From NCBI GenBank assembly GCA_965656375.1, contig CBFHKH010000001.1, forward strand, positions 708,291-772,290: a stretch of 64,000 bases of DNA, in the 5' to 3' direction. How positions within the stretch are numbered: the stretch's first letter is position 1; every line of letters starts with the position of its first letter. This DNA is from Minisyncoccia bacterium. Lineage in GTDB: Bacteria; Patescibacteriota; Minisyncoccia; Phycocordibacterales; UBA9973. This document shows, in pieces, positions 6,106-14,418 of the stretch. Position numbers and translations under genes: made by a program. A model generated the notes under the pieces. It was not told where the DNA came from and made no database searches. It saw only the letters and a program-made list of their open reading frames with translations.

Positions 6106-8751
6106 ATGCAAGAACTTACATCACCATGGGCTTCCTCAACACAAGAGATCATCGGAGACTTACGATCATCTCCTTCCGGCATTTCTGATCGAGAAGCTGA
6201 AACGAGAATCAATCAGTATGGTAGTAATACATTTCACAACAGAGAAAAGGCACGCCCCATCCTTCTTTTTTTAAAGCAATTTTTGAGCCCTCTTATATTC
6301 TTGCTCGTTGGAGCAGCGGTTTTGACGAGTATCCTCGGTGAATGGGTCAATACAGGAGTGATTGCATTTGCAGTTCTCCTGAATGTTGCTATTGGTTTCT
6401 ATCAAGAATTCCATGCTGAAAATACTCTTGAAAGATTAACGACATATATAAAAGATCGTGCTCGCGTTATTCGTGATGGTAAAGAGGAAGAGATTGACTC
6501 GACTCTGCTTGTTCCTGGAGATATCGTAAAGCTTACGTACGGAATACGAATACCCGCTGACACTCGAATTCTTTCTGTTAACAATTTCCAAGTTGATGAA
6601 GCAATTCTTACTGGTGAGCCGATTCCCGTTTCAAAAGAAGAGGGTACTGTGCCACTGTCTGCACTTATCGCTGAACGTAAGAATATCGCCCATGCGGGAA
6701 CTCTCGTAGTACAGGGATACGCAACCGCAATTGTCTATGCAACTGGAGATTTTACGGAAATCGGTAAAATCGCAGGGATTGTCTCGGCAACAAAGCGCTC
6801 TGAAACTCCACTTCAAAAGGGGATCACACACTTAGCGTGGCTCGTATTTTGCATTGTGATCATTATTGTTCTTGGAATTCTCATTCTGGGTGTTTCTCAT
6901 GGAGAGCCACTACTCCCGATGCTTGTTCTCTCTGCAGCAGTTGCAGTCGGTGCTGTTCCTGAAGCATTGCCGATAACCCTTACTGTCATCCTTGCAATTG
7001 GGGCGCTTCGTATTGCTCACAAAAAAGGAATTGTACGAAAGCTTTCTGCTGCTGAAACGCTCGGCTCGACGACACTGATCATGACTGATAAGACAGGAAC
7101 ACTTACACTCGCTGATATGCAGCTTGTTGGTATTCATACTCGAGATCTGCTCCTTGGAAGTAGTAGTGATACGAATGAATCAAAATCATTTTCTCATGAG
7201 CAAAGACGCCTGCTTGAATTTGCTCTTCTTAATATCGATGTATCTGTTGAGAATCAAGACAAGGATAAAAAGGAATGGACCTTTCTTGGAAAACCATTTG
7301 AAGTTAATATTGCTAAAGCGAGTCGCGATCACAATATATCACTTGATCCTATTCTCTCTACGACATCCTCGCTCGTTTTGCCGTTCAATTCGACAAATAA
7401 ATTTTCAATTGCTCAAAAAGATGATCTCTATATTGTTATGGGTGCCCCCGATATTTTGCTTAAGCGTTCTACTCTTTCAAAAGAAGAATATATCAAGTTC
7501 GAAGAGTGGATTGAATCAACAAGCCGCGACGGAAAACGACTCATCGGCCTTGCGACATGGAAGGGCAAGAATTCTCAAGGTCACATTACGCCGGATGATG
7601 CAGAGAATTTGGATTTTGTCGGAATGCTCGTTTTCTATGATCCAATACGTCCGGAAGTCCCAAATGCGATTAGTGTCATTGAATCGCATGGAATAAAAAT
7701 CGTCCTCGTAACAGGTGATTTAAAGGGTACTGCTATCTCGATCGCAAAGAGTCTTGGCTGGCAGGTAGAGGAAAATCAGGTTCTTACGGGGAGTGAATTA
7801 AGAGCATTGTCTGATGATGAACTTCTAAAGATTATTCCAACTATAAAAATATTTGCGCGGGTAACACCGGAAGATAAGCTCCGAATCGGCAAACACTACC
7901 AGAAGCTCGGCGAAGTAGTGGCGATGACAGGGGATGGAGTCAACGATGCGCCAGCATTGAAGGCAATGGACATCGGCATATCACTCGGTTCGGGTAGCGA
8001 TGTAGCAAAAAGTGCGGCTGATCTGGTTCTTCTCGATGATAATTTTGAGACTATTAGTCTTTCAATTGACGAAGGTCACCGGATTTTGGCTAACGTTAGA
8101 AAGACGGTTGTATATCTCATGTCCAATTCTCTTGATGAAGTATTCATCATCGGCGGGAGTCTCATTGCGGGACTCGCGCTTCCGCTTACAGCACTCCAGA
8201 TCATCTGGGTTAATCTCTTTACGGGATCTTTACCTGCACTCGCATTTGCATTTGATGAGAATATGGATCGAAAAAAATATTCAAAGCATGAGTCGAAGCG
8301 AATTTTTACCAAAGAGGTAAAAGTGATCACGCTCGGGATCGGAGTATTGAGTTCGCTCTTCCTCTTTCTCTTATACTATGTATTGTTGAAATATATTTCA
8401 AATATCGCAGAAGCTCGCTCGATTTTCTTTGTTTGCTTTGCCTCATATATTCTGGCGATCTCATTTTCATTTAGAAGTTTATACAATTCTCTTTTTTCGT
8501 ATCATATCTTTTCAAATAGAAAACTTAATCTAAGTATCATACTTGCATTCGTGATTTTGATTTTGACGATGTCAGTTCCGTTCATCAGGCATATCTTTGA
8601 ACTTGCTCCGTTGCCACTCTATTCAGTACCGCTTGTGGCACTGTGGCTCATCTTTAATGTATTTTTGGTAGAAGCAGCAAAGTATGTTTTGCGAACGAGG
8701 AGCCGTGTTCGTTCAAAACGTGCTGATCTAAGACTTGCAATTAGTAAATAA
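6106..8751 (+). CDS. P-type cation-transporting ATPase (P2-type, Ca2+/Mg2+-ATPase-like)
   Basis: Phosphorylation motif DKTGTLT, hinge TGDGVNDAPALK, 881 aa, about 10 TM helices, and an N-terminal actuator domain. Confidence 0.85.
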   Translation: MQELTSPWASSTQEIIGDLRSSPSGISDREAETRINQYGSNTFHNREKARPILLFLKQFLSPLIFLLVGAAVLTSILGEWVNTGVIAFAVLLNVAIGFYQEFHAENTLERLTTYIKDRARVIRDGKEEEIDSTLLVPGDIVKLTYGIRIPADTRILSVNNFQVDEAILTGEPIPVSKEEGTVPLSALIAERKNIAHAGTLVVQGYATAIVYATGDFTEIGKIAGIVSATKRSETPLQKGITHLAWLVFCIVIIIVLGILILGVSHGEPLLPMLVLSAAVAVGAVPEALPITLTVILAIGALRIAHKKGIVRKLSAAETLGSTTLIMTDKTGTLTLADMQLVGIHTRDLLLGSSSDTNESKSFSHEQRRLLEFALLNIDVSVENQDKDKKEWTFLGKPFEVNIAKASRDHNISLDPILSTTSSLVLPFNSTNKFSIAQKDDLYIVMGAPDILLKRSTLSKEEYIKFEEWIESTSRDGKRLIGLATWKGKNSQGHITPDDAENLDFVGMLVFYDPIRPEVPNAISVIESHGIKIVLVTGDLKGTAISIAKSLGWQVEENQVLTGSELRALSDDELLKIIPTIKIFARVTPEDKLRIGKHYQKLGEVVAMTGDGVNDAPALKAMDIGISLGSGSDVAKSAADLVLLDDNFETISLSIDEGHRILANVRKTVVYLMSNSLDEVFIIGGSLIAGLALPLTALQIIWVNLFTGSLPALAFAFDENMDRKKYSKHESKRIFTKEVKVITLGIGVLSSLFLFLLYYVLLKYISNIAEARSIFFVCFASYILAISFSFRSLYNSLFSYHIFSNRKLNLSIILAFVILILTMSVPFIRHIFELAPLPLYSVPLVALWLIFNVFLVEAAKYVLRTRSRVRSKRADLRLAISK

Positions 8752-8790
8752 AAAACCTGCGCTCCATGAGAGTGCAGGTTCCATTTTTTG
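8752..8790 (+). terminator. rho-independent terminator (cctgcgctc…gagtgcagg followed by a T-run)
   Basis: Imperfect 9-bp stem followed by TTTTTT, directly after the ATPase stop. Confidence 0.55.
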
Positions 8791-8793
8791 TAG

Positions 8794-9063
8794 TTACAGA
8801 GGTTTGTTCATGATAGGCGACTGTTGTGTAGAACGGAAATTAGCTTCAATAAGACTGTTCAATCTCTGAGGACATTTTAAAATCTCAATGAGTTCTGATT
8901 CAGTATGTTTTGATCTTAATTCATCATCTTGATCATCTGAAACACTTCCCTCAAAAAGTAATTCAATAAAATGCTTGTTAGGCTCTGTGCCCCCTGGCTT
9001 ATGACGCATTATAAATTCTATGATTTCTTTTCTACTGCCTGTTACTGTACCTTGATTTTCCAC
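8794..9063 (-). CDS. small hypothetical protein (89 aa)
   Basis: The only ORF in a 400-nt gap. Acidic stretch, no motifs. Could be non-coding. Confidence 0.25.
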   Translation of the reverse strand: MENQGTVTGSRKEIIEFIMRHKPGGTEPNKHFIELLFEGSVSDDQDDELRSKHTESELIEILKCPQRLNSLIEANFRSTQQSPIMNKPL

Positions 9064-9195
9064 ATCTTAAAATTTAATGGTTGTACAATTGGTTTATTAA
9101 ACTCATTATAACTTTTATATCATCATGTGTCAAATGTATACAGAGACCATTTTTGCTGATACAATAGTTTATTATTATTCAGCATACTAGTATAT

Positions 9196-9594
9196 ATGAA
9201 AGGATTTAAACAATTTATTCTCCGTGGAAATGTCGTAGACCTTGCAGTTGGTGTGGTCATCGGCGCATCATTCGGTTCAGTAGTGACCGCCCTTGTGACA
9301 TATGTAATCACTCCACTTATCGGTGCGATCGTAAAAGCCCCAGATTTCTCTAATCTTATGTTCACTATTAATGGCAGCAAGTTCATGTATGGAAACTTCT
9401 TGAATGCCCTTATCTCGTTTGTTCTTGTTGCTGCCGCAGTCTATTTCTTTGTTGTTACACCTATCAATACGTTAATCACCCGTACAAAAAAGGAACCACC
9501 TCTTGATCCAACTACAAAAAAGTGCCCTGAATGCATTAGTGAGATTCCAATCGAAGCAAAACGATGTGCACACTGTACTTCAGTGGTGGCATAG
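9196..9594 (+). CDS. mscL: large-conductance mechanosensitive channel MscL with a C-terminal CxxC…CxxC zinc-ribbon extension
   Basis: N-terminus MKGFKQFILRGNVVDLAVGVVIGASFG is canonical MscL. The C-terminus is KKCPECISEIPIEAKRCAHC. Confidence 0.8.
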   Translation: MKGFKQFILRGNVVDLAVGVVIGASFGSVVTALVTYVITPLIGAIVKAPDFSNLMFTINGSKFMYGNFLNALISFVLVAAAVYFFVVTPINTLITRTKKEPPLDPTTKKCPECISEIPIEAKRCAHCTSVVA

Positions 9595-9606
9595 TATAAT
9601 GCGCGT

Positions 9607-10248
9607 ATGGAGCGTTACCTCAGATCAATTTTCCCAAAAGACATACTCATCGTCTTTATTCTCACAGTCGCCCTCATTATAGGGAGGATTACTCTTTTTC
9701 ACTCATACTACTTTGTATATTTACTTTGGAATATATTCTTGGCACTTTTACCATTCATGCTCAGTTTGGTTCTTCTTTCGTATGCAAAAAGAAATAAATT
9801 ATCAACATTAGTATTTATTATCGGTGGCATTATCTGGCTACTCTTATTGCCTAATGCACCGTATATAGTCACCGATCTTATTCATATCGGCAAGGGCAGG
9901 GGTGCGGCGATACTCTTTGATACCCTCCTACTCTTTAGCTCAGCATGGCTTGGACTCCTCTTTTTTATGCATTCGCTTTCCCACATTGAGAAGATCATTG
10001 TTGAAAAATATGGAAAGCGTATTGCACAGATAAAAATACCGTCAATCATAGCACTCGTGAGTATTGGGGTATATATTGGGCGGAATTTACGCTTTAATAG
10101 CTGGGATATTTTTAATCCGTCACTTTTTGAGGATACCTGGCTAGCATTTACGCATCCGGTGCATTTTAACCAAGCCCTCCTCTTTATTGTTCCATGCTTC
10201 TTTTTCCTTTGTATGATCTACTTCTCGTGGAAAACTAGGCAGCAATAG
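9607..10248 (+). CDS. integral membrane protein (DUF1361-like)
   Basis: About 6 TM helices. PNAPYIVTDLIH segment. Assignment from memory of the family, low certainty. Confidence 0.4.
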   Translation: MERYLRSIFPKDILIVFILTVALIIGRITLFHSYYFVYLLWNIFLALLPFMLSLVLLSYAKRNKLSTLVFIIGGIIWLLLLPNAPYIVTDLIHIGKGRGAAILFDTLLLFSSAWLGLLFFMHSLSHIEKIIVEKYGKRIAQIKIPSIIALVSIGVYIGRNLRFNSWDIFNPSLFEDTWLAFTHPVHFNQALLFIVPCFFFLCMIYFSWKTRQQ

Positions 10249-11149
10249 CCTTCTTTGATTTAAAGAAGAAGTAGGCGATGATAACGAATGTAACTACAGG
10301 GGATACAAGGGCAGGAATATGCACTCCGAATCCATCAGTAACCATGATCGCACCGAGTGCAAATATTGAATACATAGCACCATTCTTGAGATAAATGTAT
10401 TTTTTGATTCGATCGATATTGCCGATCGTGAGCTTGCGCAGTACAAACGCGCCAAGTCCATTACCGATTAGTATGAGGGGGATAGAAAGAGTAAATGCAA
10501 ATGCACCGAGTACTCCATCGATAGAGAATGTCGCATCGATAATCTCGAGGTAGAGGATCTTGGACATGTCGCTCATATTGCTGCGTCCTTCAACGAGTTC
10601 ACGTTCTACTTTTTCTGCATTCTCTTTGAATCCGTGAGTGATGAAGAACGCTGTGGATCCGATCACTGCTCCGAATGCAAGCATTGGACTAATTTTCATT
10701 GCATACCATACGATGGTCGCAAGTATGATAGAAACAGTCGCAAAGAACCACACCCCATGTCTTTGAAAGAATTTCTCTCCACGTAAACCAAAGTTTTTCT
10801 TCTCGAGGAAAAGCCAGTGGAAAAATAAGAATACAAGAAATACTCCACCGCCCATCAAAAGTATCGGCGCCGCTCCTTCTATCGCTGTGTGAACCGAAGG
10901 GTCATTTGAGAATGTTGCTGTGAGTGCTCCCCATGGACCGATACTTGGCACTGATGCCCAGATTATTGCCCAGGGCAAAAGTCCTCGCACGAGAAAAACC
11001 GCAATGAAGAACCCCCAGAGGAGGAACCATCTTCGAGCTTTTTTGCCCATTGTACCCAAGACTTCTGCATTGATAACAGCATTATCAATACTTGAAACGA
11101 TTTCAAAGAGACAAAGTCCGAGAACAGTAATAATCATTGTGGTAATCAT
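10235..11149 (-). CDS. TerC/DUF475-family integral membrane protein
   Basis: Multi-TM. Contains an EIVSSIDNAVINA segment (the S.DN motif typical of TerC/DUF475). Confidence 0.5.
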   Translation of the reverse strand: MITTMIITVLGLCLFEIVSSIDNAVINAEVLGTMGKKARRWFLLWGFFIAVFLVRGLLPWAIIWASVPSIGPWGALTATFSNDPSVHTAIEGAAPILLMGGGVFLVFLFFHWLFLEKKNFGLRGEKFFQRHGVWFFATVSIILATIVWYAMKISPMLAFGAVIGSTAFFITHGFKENAEKVERELVEGRSNMSDMSKILYLEIIDATFSIDGVLGAFAFTLSIPLILIGNGLGAFVLRKLTIGNIDRIKKYIYLKNGAMYSIFALGAIMVTDGFGVHIPALVSPVVTFVIIAYFFFKSKKAIAA

Positions 11150-11196
11150 ATTTTACCAGTATACATATTTTTACGGTGGTATGGTAGAGTAGGAAG

Positions 11197-12423
11197 ATGT
11201 TTAAAAATAAAATCCTCATAACTATATTTCTGACCGTATTTATCGATCTCCTGGGAATTGGTATTTTAATTCCTGTAATTCCTCAACTCTTTGCGAATCC
11301 GCTTTCGCCAGAATACATTTTGGCAGCAGGTGTCTCTATCAATACGGGGTATCTCCTCTTAGGTCTTCTTATTGCTGTGTATCCGCTTGGTCAGTTTCTC
11401 GCGACGCCGATCTTGGGTCAGCTTTCAGATAAATACGGCCGAAAGAAAATCCTCGCCATCTCGCTTCTTGGTACATCGATATCATATGTTGTCTTTGCGA
11501 TTGCAATCATGACAAAAAATCTTCCACTTCTTTTCTTTTCTCGATTTTTTGATGGTATCACCGGTGGCAATATCGCCATTGCACAAGCGATGATAGGGGA
11601 TGTATCAAAGCCAGAGAATCGCGCGAAGAACTTTGGTATGCTTGGAGCGGCGTTTGGCCTTGGATTTATTTTCGGTCCATATATCGGTGGCAAGCTTTCT
11701 GATCCGAGTGTCCTTTCGTGGTTTACTCTCGCTACACCATTTTACTTTGCAGCTCTCCTTGCTTTTATAAATATGCTCTCTGTTCTCTTCCTTGTGCCTG
11801 AGACGAATCTCAATCTTTGGAAAGAAAAACTCACGTGGGGTAAATCACTTTCAAATATCAAGAAAGCGATACAGATGAAAGGAGTCAGTGCGCTCTTCCT
11901 TACCACTTTTCTCTTTTTCTGTGGATTCACATTCTTTACAACATTTTTCGGAGTTTTCTTAATACAAAAATTCTCATTTACTCAGGGTAATATCGGAGAT
12001 TTCTTTGCGTATGTGGGACTCTGGAGTGTTTTTACGCAAGCAGTCCTTACTCGCATCTTTGCCAAGAAATTCACCGAGCCGAAAATTATCCCATATACGT
12101 TGATGGGATCGGGCATCCTTATCCTCATGTATTTCTTGCCGACAAAATCATGGGAACTGCTCCTCATACCGCCATTTTTCTCAGCCTGCACTGGACTTAC
12201 CATGGCAAATACAAACAGCTTGCTTTCCAAAAAGGCGCCAGCTGATCAGCGGGGTGAGATCATGGGTATCAGCTCATCAGTCCAAGCTCTTGCACAAACT
12301 ATTCCTGCTATCCTCTCGGGATTTATCGCCGCATCATTTGCATCGACAACACCTCTTTTGTTTGCCGCTGTGATTGTTACCTGTTCAGGCATTGCCTTTC
12401 GTTTCTTGTATAAAGAGGCCTAA
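11197..12423 (+). CDS. MFS transporter (DHA1-like)
   Basis: 12 predicted TM helices. Motif A GQLSDKYGRKKIL between TM2 and TM3. Confidence 0.75.
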   Translation: MFKNKILITIFLTVFIDLLGIGILIPVIPQLFANPLSPEYILAAGVSINTGYLLLGLLIAVYPLGQFLATPILGQLSDKYGRKKILAISLLGTSISYVVFAIAIMTKNLPLLFFSRFFDGITGGNIAIAQAMIGDVSKPENRAKNFGMLGAAFGLGFIFGPYIGGKLSDPSVLSWFTLATPFYFAALLAFINMLSVLFLVPETNLNLWKEKLTWGKSLSNIKKAIQMKGVSALFLTTFLFFCGFTFFTTFFGVFLIQKFSFTQGNIGDFFAYVGLWSVFTQAVLTRIFAKKFTEPKIIPYTLMGSGILILMYFLPTKSWELLLIPPFFSACTGLTMANTNSLLSKKAPADQRGEIMGISSSVQALAQTIPAILSGFIAASFASTTPLLFAAVIVTCSGIAFRFLYKEA

Positions 12424-12444
12424 CATGTATACTTAATCATATAT

Positions 12445-14160
12445 ATGAACAGTGAATCCCGTACGTGTCAGAATTGCTCCACCGAGTTCATTATCGAACC
12501 GGACGATTTCGCGTTCTATGAGAAGATGAAGGTCCCACCTCCCACATTTTGTCCAGATTGCAGGAATGTTCGTAGACTAACCTTCCGTAATGAAAGAGTC
12601 TGGTATCGCAGAACATGTGCTGCAACTAATCAGTCTATTTTATCAATGTTTGCCCCGGATGGGCCATATACTGTTTATGAAGAAAAGTACTGGAAGAGCG
12701 ATGCCTGGGATCCAATGGATTATGGCAAGCAGTATGATCCTAATAGAAGTTTCTTTGAACAACTTGATGAGTTGTTTAAAGTGGTTCCTCATCCGAACCT
12801 TATCCAGAAGAATAACGTTAATTGCGAATATTCGAATTACACTCTCAATGGTAAGAATTGTTACTATTGCGCCAGTTTCGATGAAGTTGAAGATAGCTCA
12901 TATTGTTTTACGAATAATACGCGAATAAAAAACTGCTTGGATCTGCATGTCTCAGCAGAATCTGAATATTCATACGAACTCATTGATTGCAAGAAATGCA
13001 ATCGCGTTGCATTTGCACAAAATTGTGAAGGATGCGTGAATTCGACATTTCTCTATGATTGCCGAAACTGTACAGATTGCTTTGGATGCGTAGGTTTGAG
13101 AAATAGGCAATATTCTATCTTTAATGAACAATATACAAAGGAAACATACAAAGAAGCACTCAAGCAAATCTGGGATGGGGGATATGTTGCATTTTTGCAA
13201 GCTCGCGATGCATTCAATGAGCTCAAGCTACAAATTCCACATAAGTTCTCAAACATTTTTAATTCAAATGATGTTTCCGGAGACAACATCGCTAATGTCC
13301 GCAATTGCCATTTCTGCTATGTGGCAAAGGACAATGTTGAAAATTGCAAATATTGCTATCGTGTTTGGGAAAACACAAAAGATGGGTGGGATACGTACTG
13401 TGCATGGAAAGGATCAGAGCTTTTCTATGAAGCTCACAGTATTATCGGGCAAAGAATCCTCTTTTCTCTCTATGTATGGGGAGGCCACGATATCGAATAC
13501 TCATACAACTGCTTTGACTGCAATAATATTTTTGGCTGTGTTGGTTTACGGAATAAGTCCTATTGTATTTTCAATATTCAGTACTCCAAAGAAGAATATC
13601 AAGCGTTGATCTCAAAAATAAAAAGCGATATGCTTGAGCGCAAAGAATATGGCGAATTCTTACCAAGCAGTATGTCCCCGTTTGCCTACAATGAAACAAT
13701 TGCCCAAGATTACTTCCCGTTATCTGAAACTGAAATCAAGCAAAAAGGCTACAAGTTCAGGCCAGCAGCGGAGAAGCACTATTCAGTTTCGCTTGCAACT
13801 GAAAATATTCCAGACAAAATTTCTGAAGTCGACGATTCTATACTTAATGAAGTCATTGCGTGCGAGCACGGAGGACACTGCTCCGATCTTTGTGCTACAG
13901 CATTCAAGATGACAAAAGATGAGCTTCAATTTTACAGAACTCTCAATTTACCTCTTCCACGCCTCTGTCCGAGTTGTCGCCATTTCAATCGTGTAAAATT
14001 AAAAAATCCCATGCAGCTTTGGGAACGAACATGTATGTGCGATAAAGCAAATCATTTTCATGGTGAAAATGCATGTTCAGAGAATTTCAAGACTCCGTAC
14101 GATCCAGCTCGACCGGAAATAATTTACTGCGAACAATGCTATCAAGCAGAAATCTTGTAA
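12445..14160 (+). CDS. Cys-rich multi-zinc-ribbon protein, paralog 1 of 3 (571 aa); no signal peptide
   Basis: N-terminal module CQNC…FIIEPDDFAFYEKMKVPPPTFCPDCR…RN…Y.R.C. Two internal CxxCxxCFGCVGLRN(K/R).Y modules. C-terminal module C…FKMT.DELQFYR.LNLPLPR.CPSCRH…YCEQCYQAEIL. Clearly homologous to 14419..16122 and 21318..23057. Confidence 0.6.
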   Translation: MNSESRTCQNCSTEFIIEPDDFAFYEKMKVPPPTFCPDCRNVRRLTFRNERVWYRRTCAATNQSILSMFAPDGPYTVYEEKYWKSDAWDPMDYGKQYDPNRSFFEQLDELFKVVPHPNLIQKNNVNCEYSNYTLNGKNCYYCASFDEVEDSSYCFTNNTRIKNCLDLHVSAESEYSYELIDCKKCNRVAFAQNCEGCVNSTFLYDCRNCTDCFGCVGLRNRQYSIFNEQYTKETYKEALKQIWDGGYVAFLQARDAFNELKLQIPHKFSNIFNSNDVSGDNIANVRNCHFCYVAKDNVENCKYCYRVWENTKDGWDTYCAWKGSELFYEAHSIIGQRILFSLYVWGGHDIEYSYNCFDCNNIFGCVGLRNKSYCIFNIQYSKEEYQALISKIKSDMLERKEYGEFLPSSMSPFAYNETIAQDYFPLSETEIKQKGYKFRPAAEKHYSVSLATENIPDKISEVDDSILNEVIACEHGGHCSDLCATAFKMTKDELQFYRTLNLPLPRLCPSCRHFNRVKLKNPMQLWERTCMCDKANHFHGENACSENFKTPYDPARPEIIYCEQCYQAEIL

Positions 14161-14161
14161 C

Positions 14162-14413
14162 ATGGAAAACTTAGAAACAAGAATTAAAGTAATCGAGGAG
14201 CGCAATAGAAGAGTCGAACTCGATAAAAAGTGGGAAACTAGTTTTACCCGACTCTTTTCGATAAGCCTCATTACTTACATTGTTGCTGTGATTGTTTTTT
14301 ATATGATGAATACGCAAAAACCATTTCTCAATGCACTTGTGCCAGTTCTTGGTTTTATCCTTTCTACCCAATCGCTTCCTGTTATTAAAAAACTATGGAT
14401 ACGAAATAAGTAA
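14162..14413 (+). CDS. small 2-TM membrane protein (83 aa) between Cys-rich paralogs 1 and 2
   Basis: Starts 1 nt after the upstream stop and ends 5 nt before the next start. Charged helical N-terminus followed by two hydrophobic helices. Confidence 0.45.
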   Translation: MENLETRIKVIEERNRRVELDKKWETSFTRLFSISLITYIVAVIVFYMMNTQKPFLNALVPVLGFILSTQSLPVIKKLWIRNK

Positions 14414-14418
14414 TTTGT

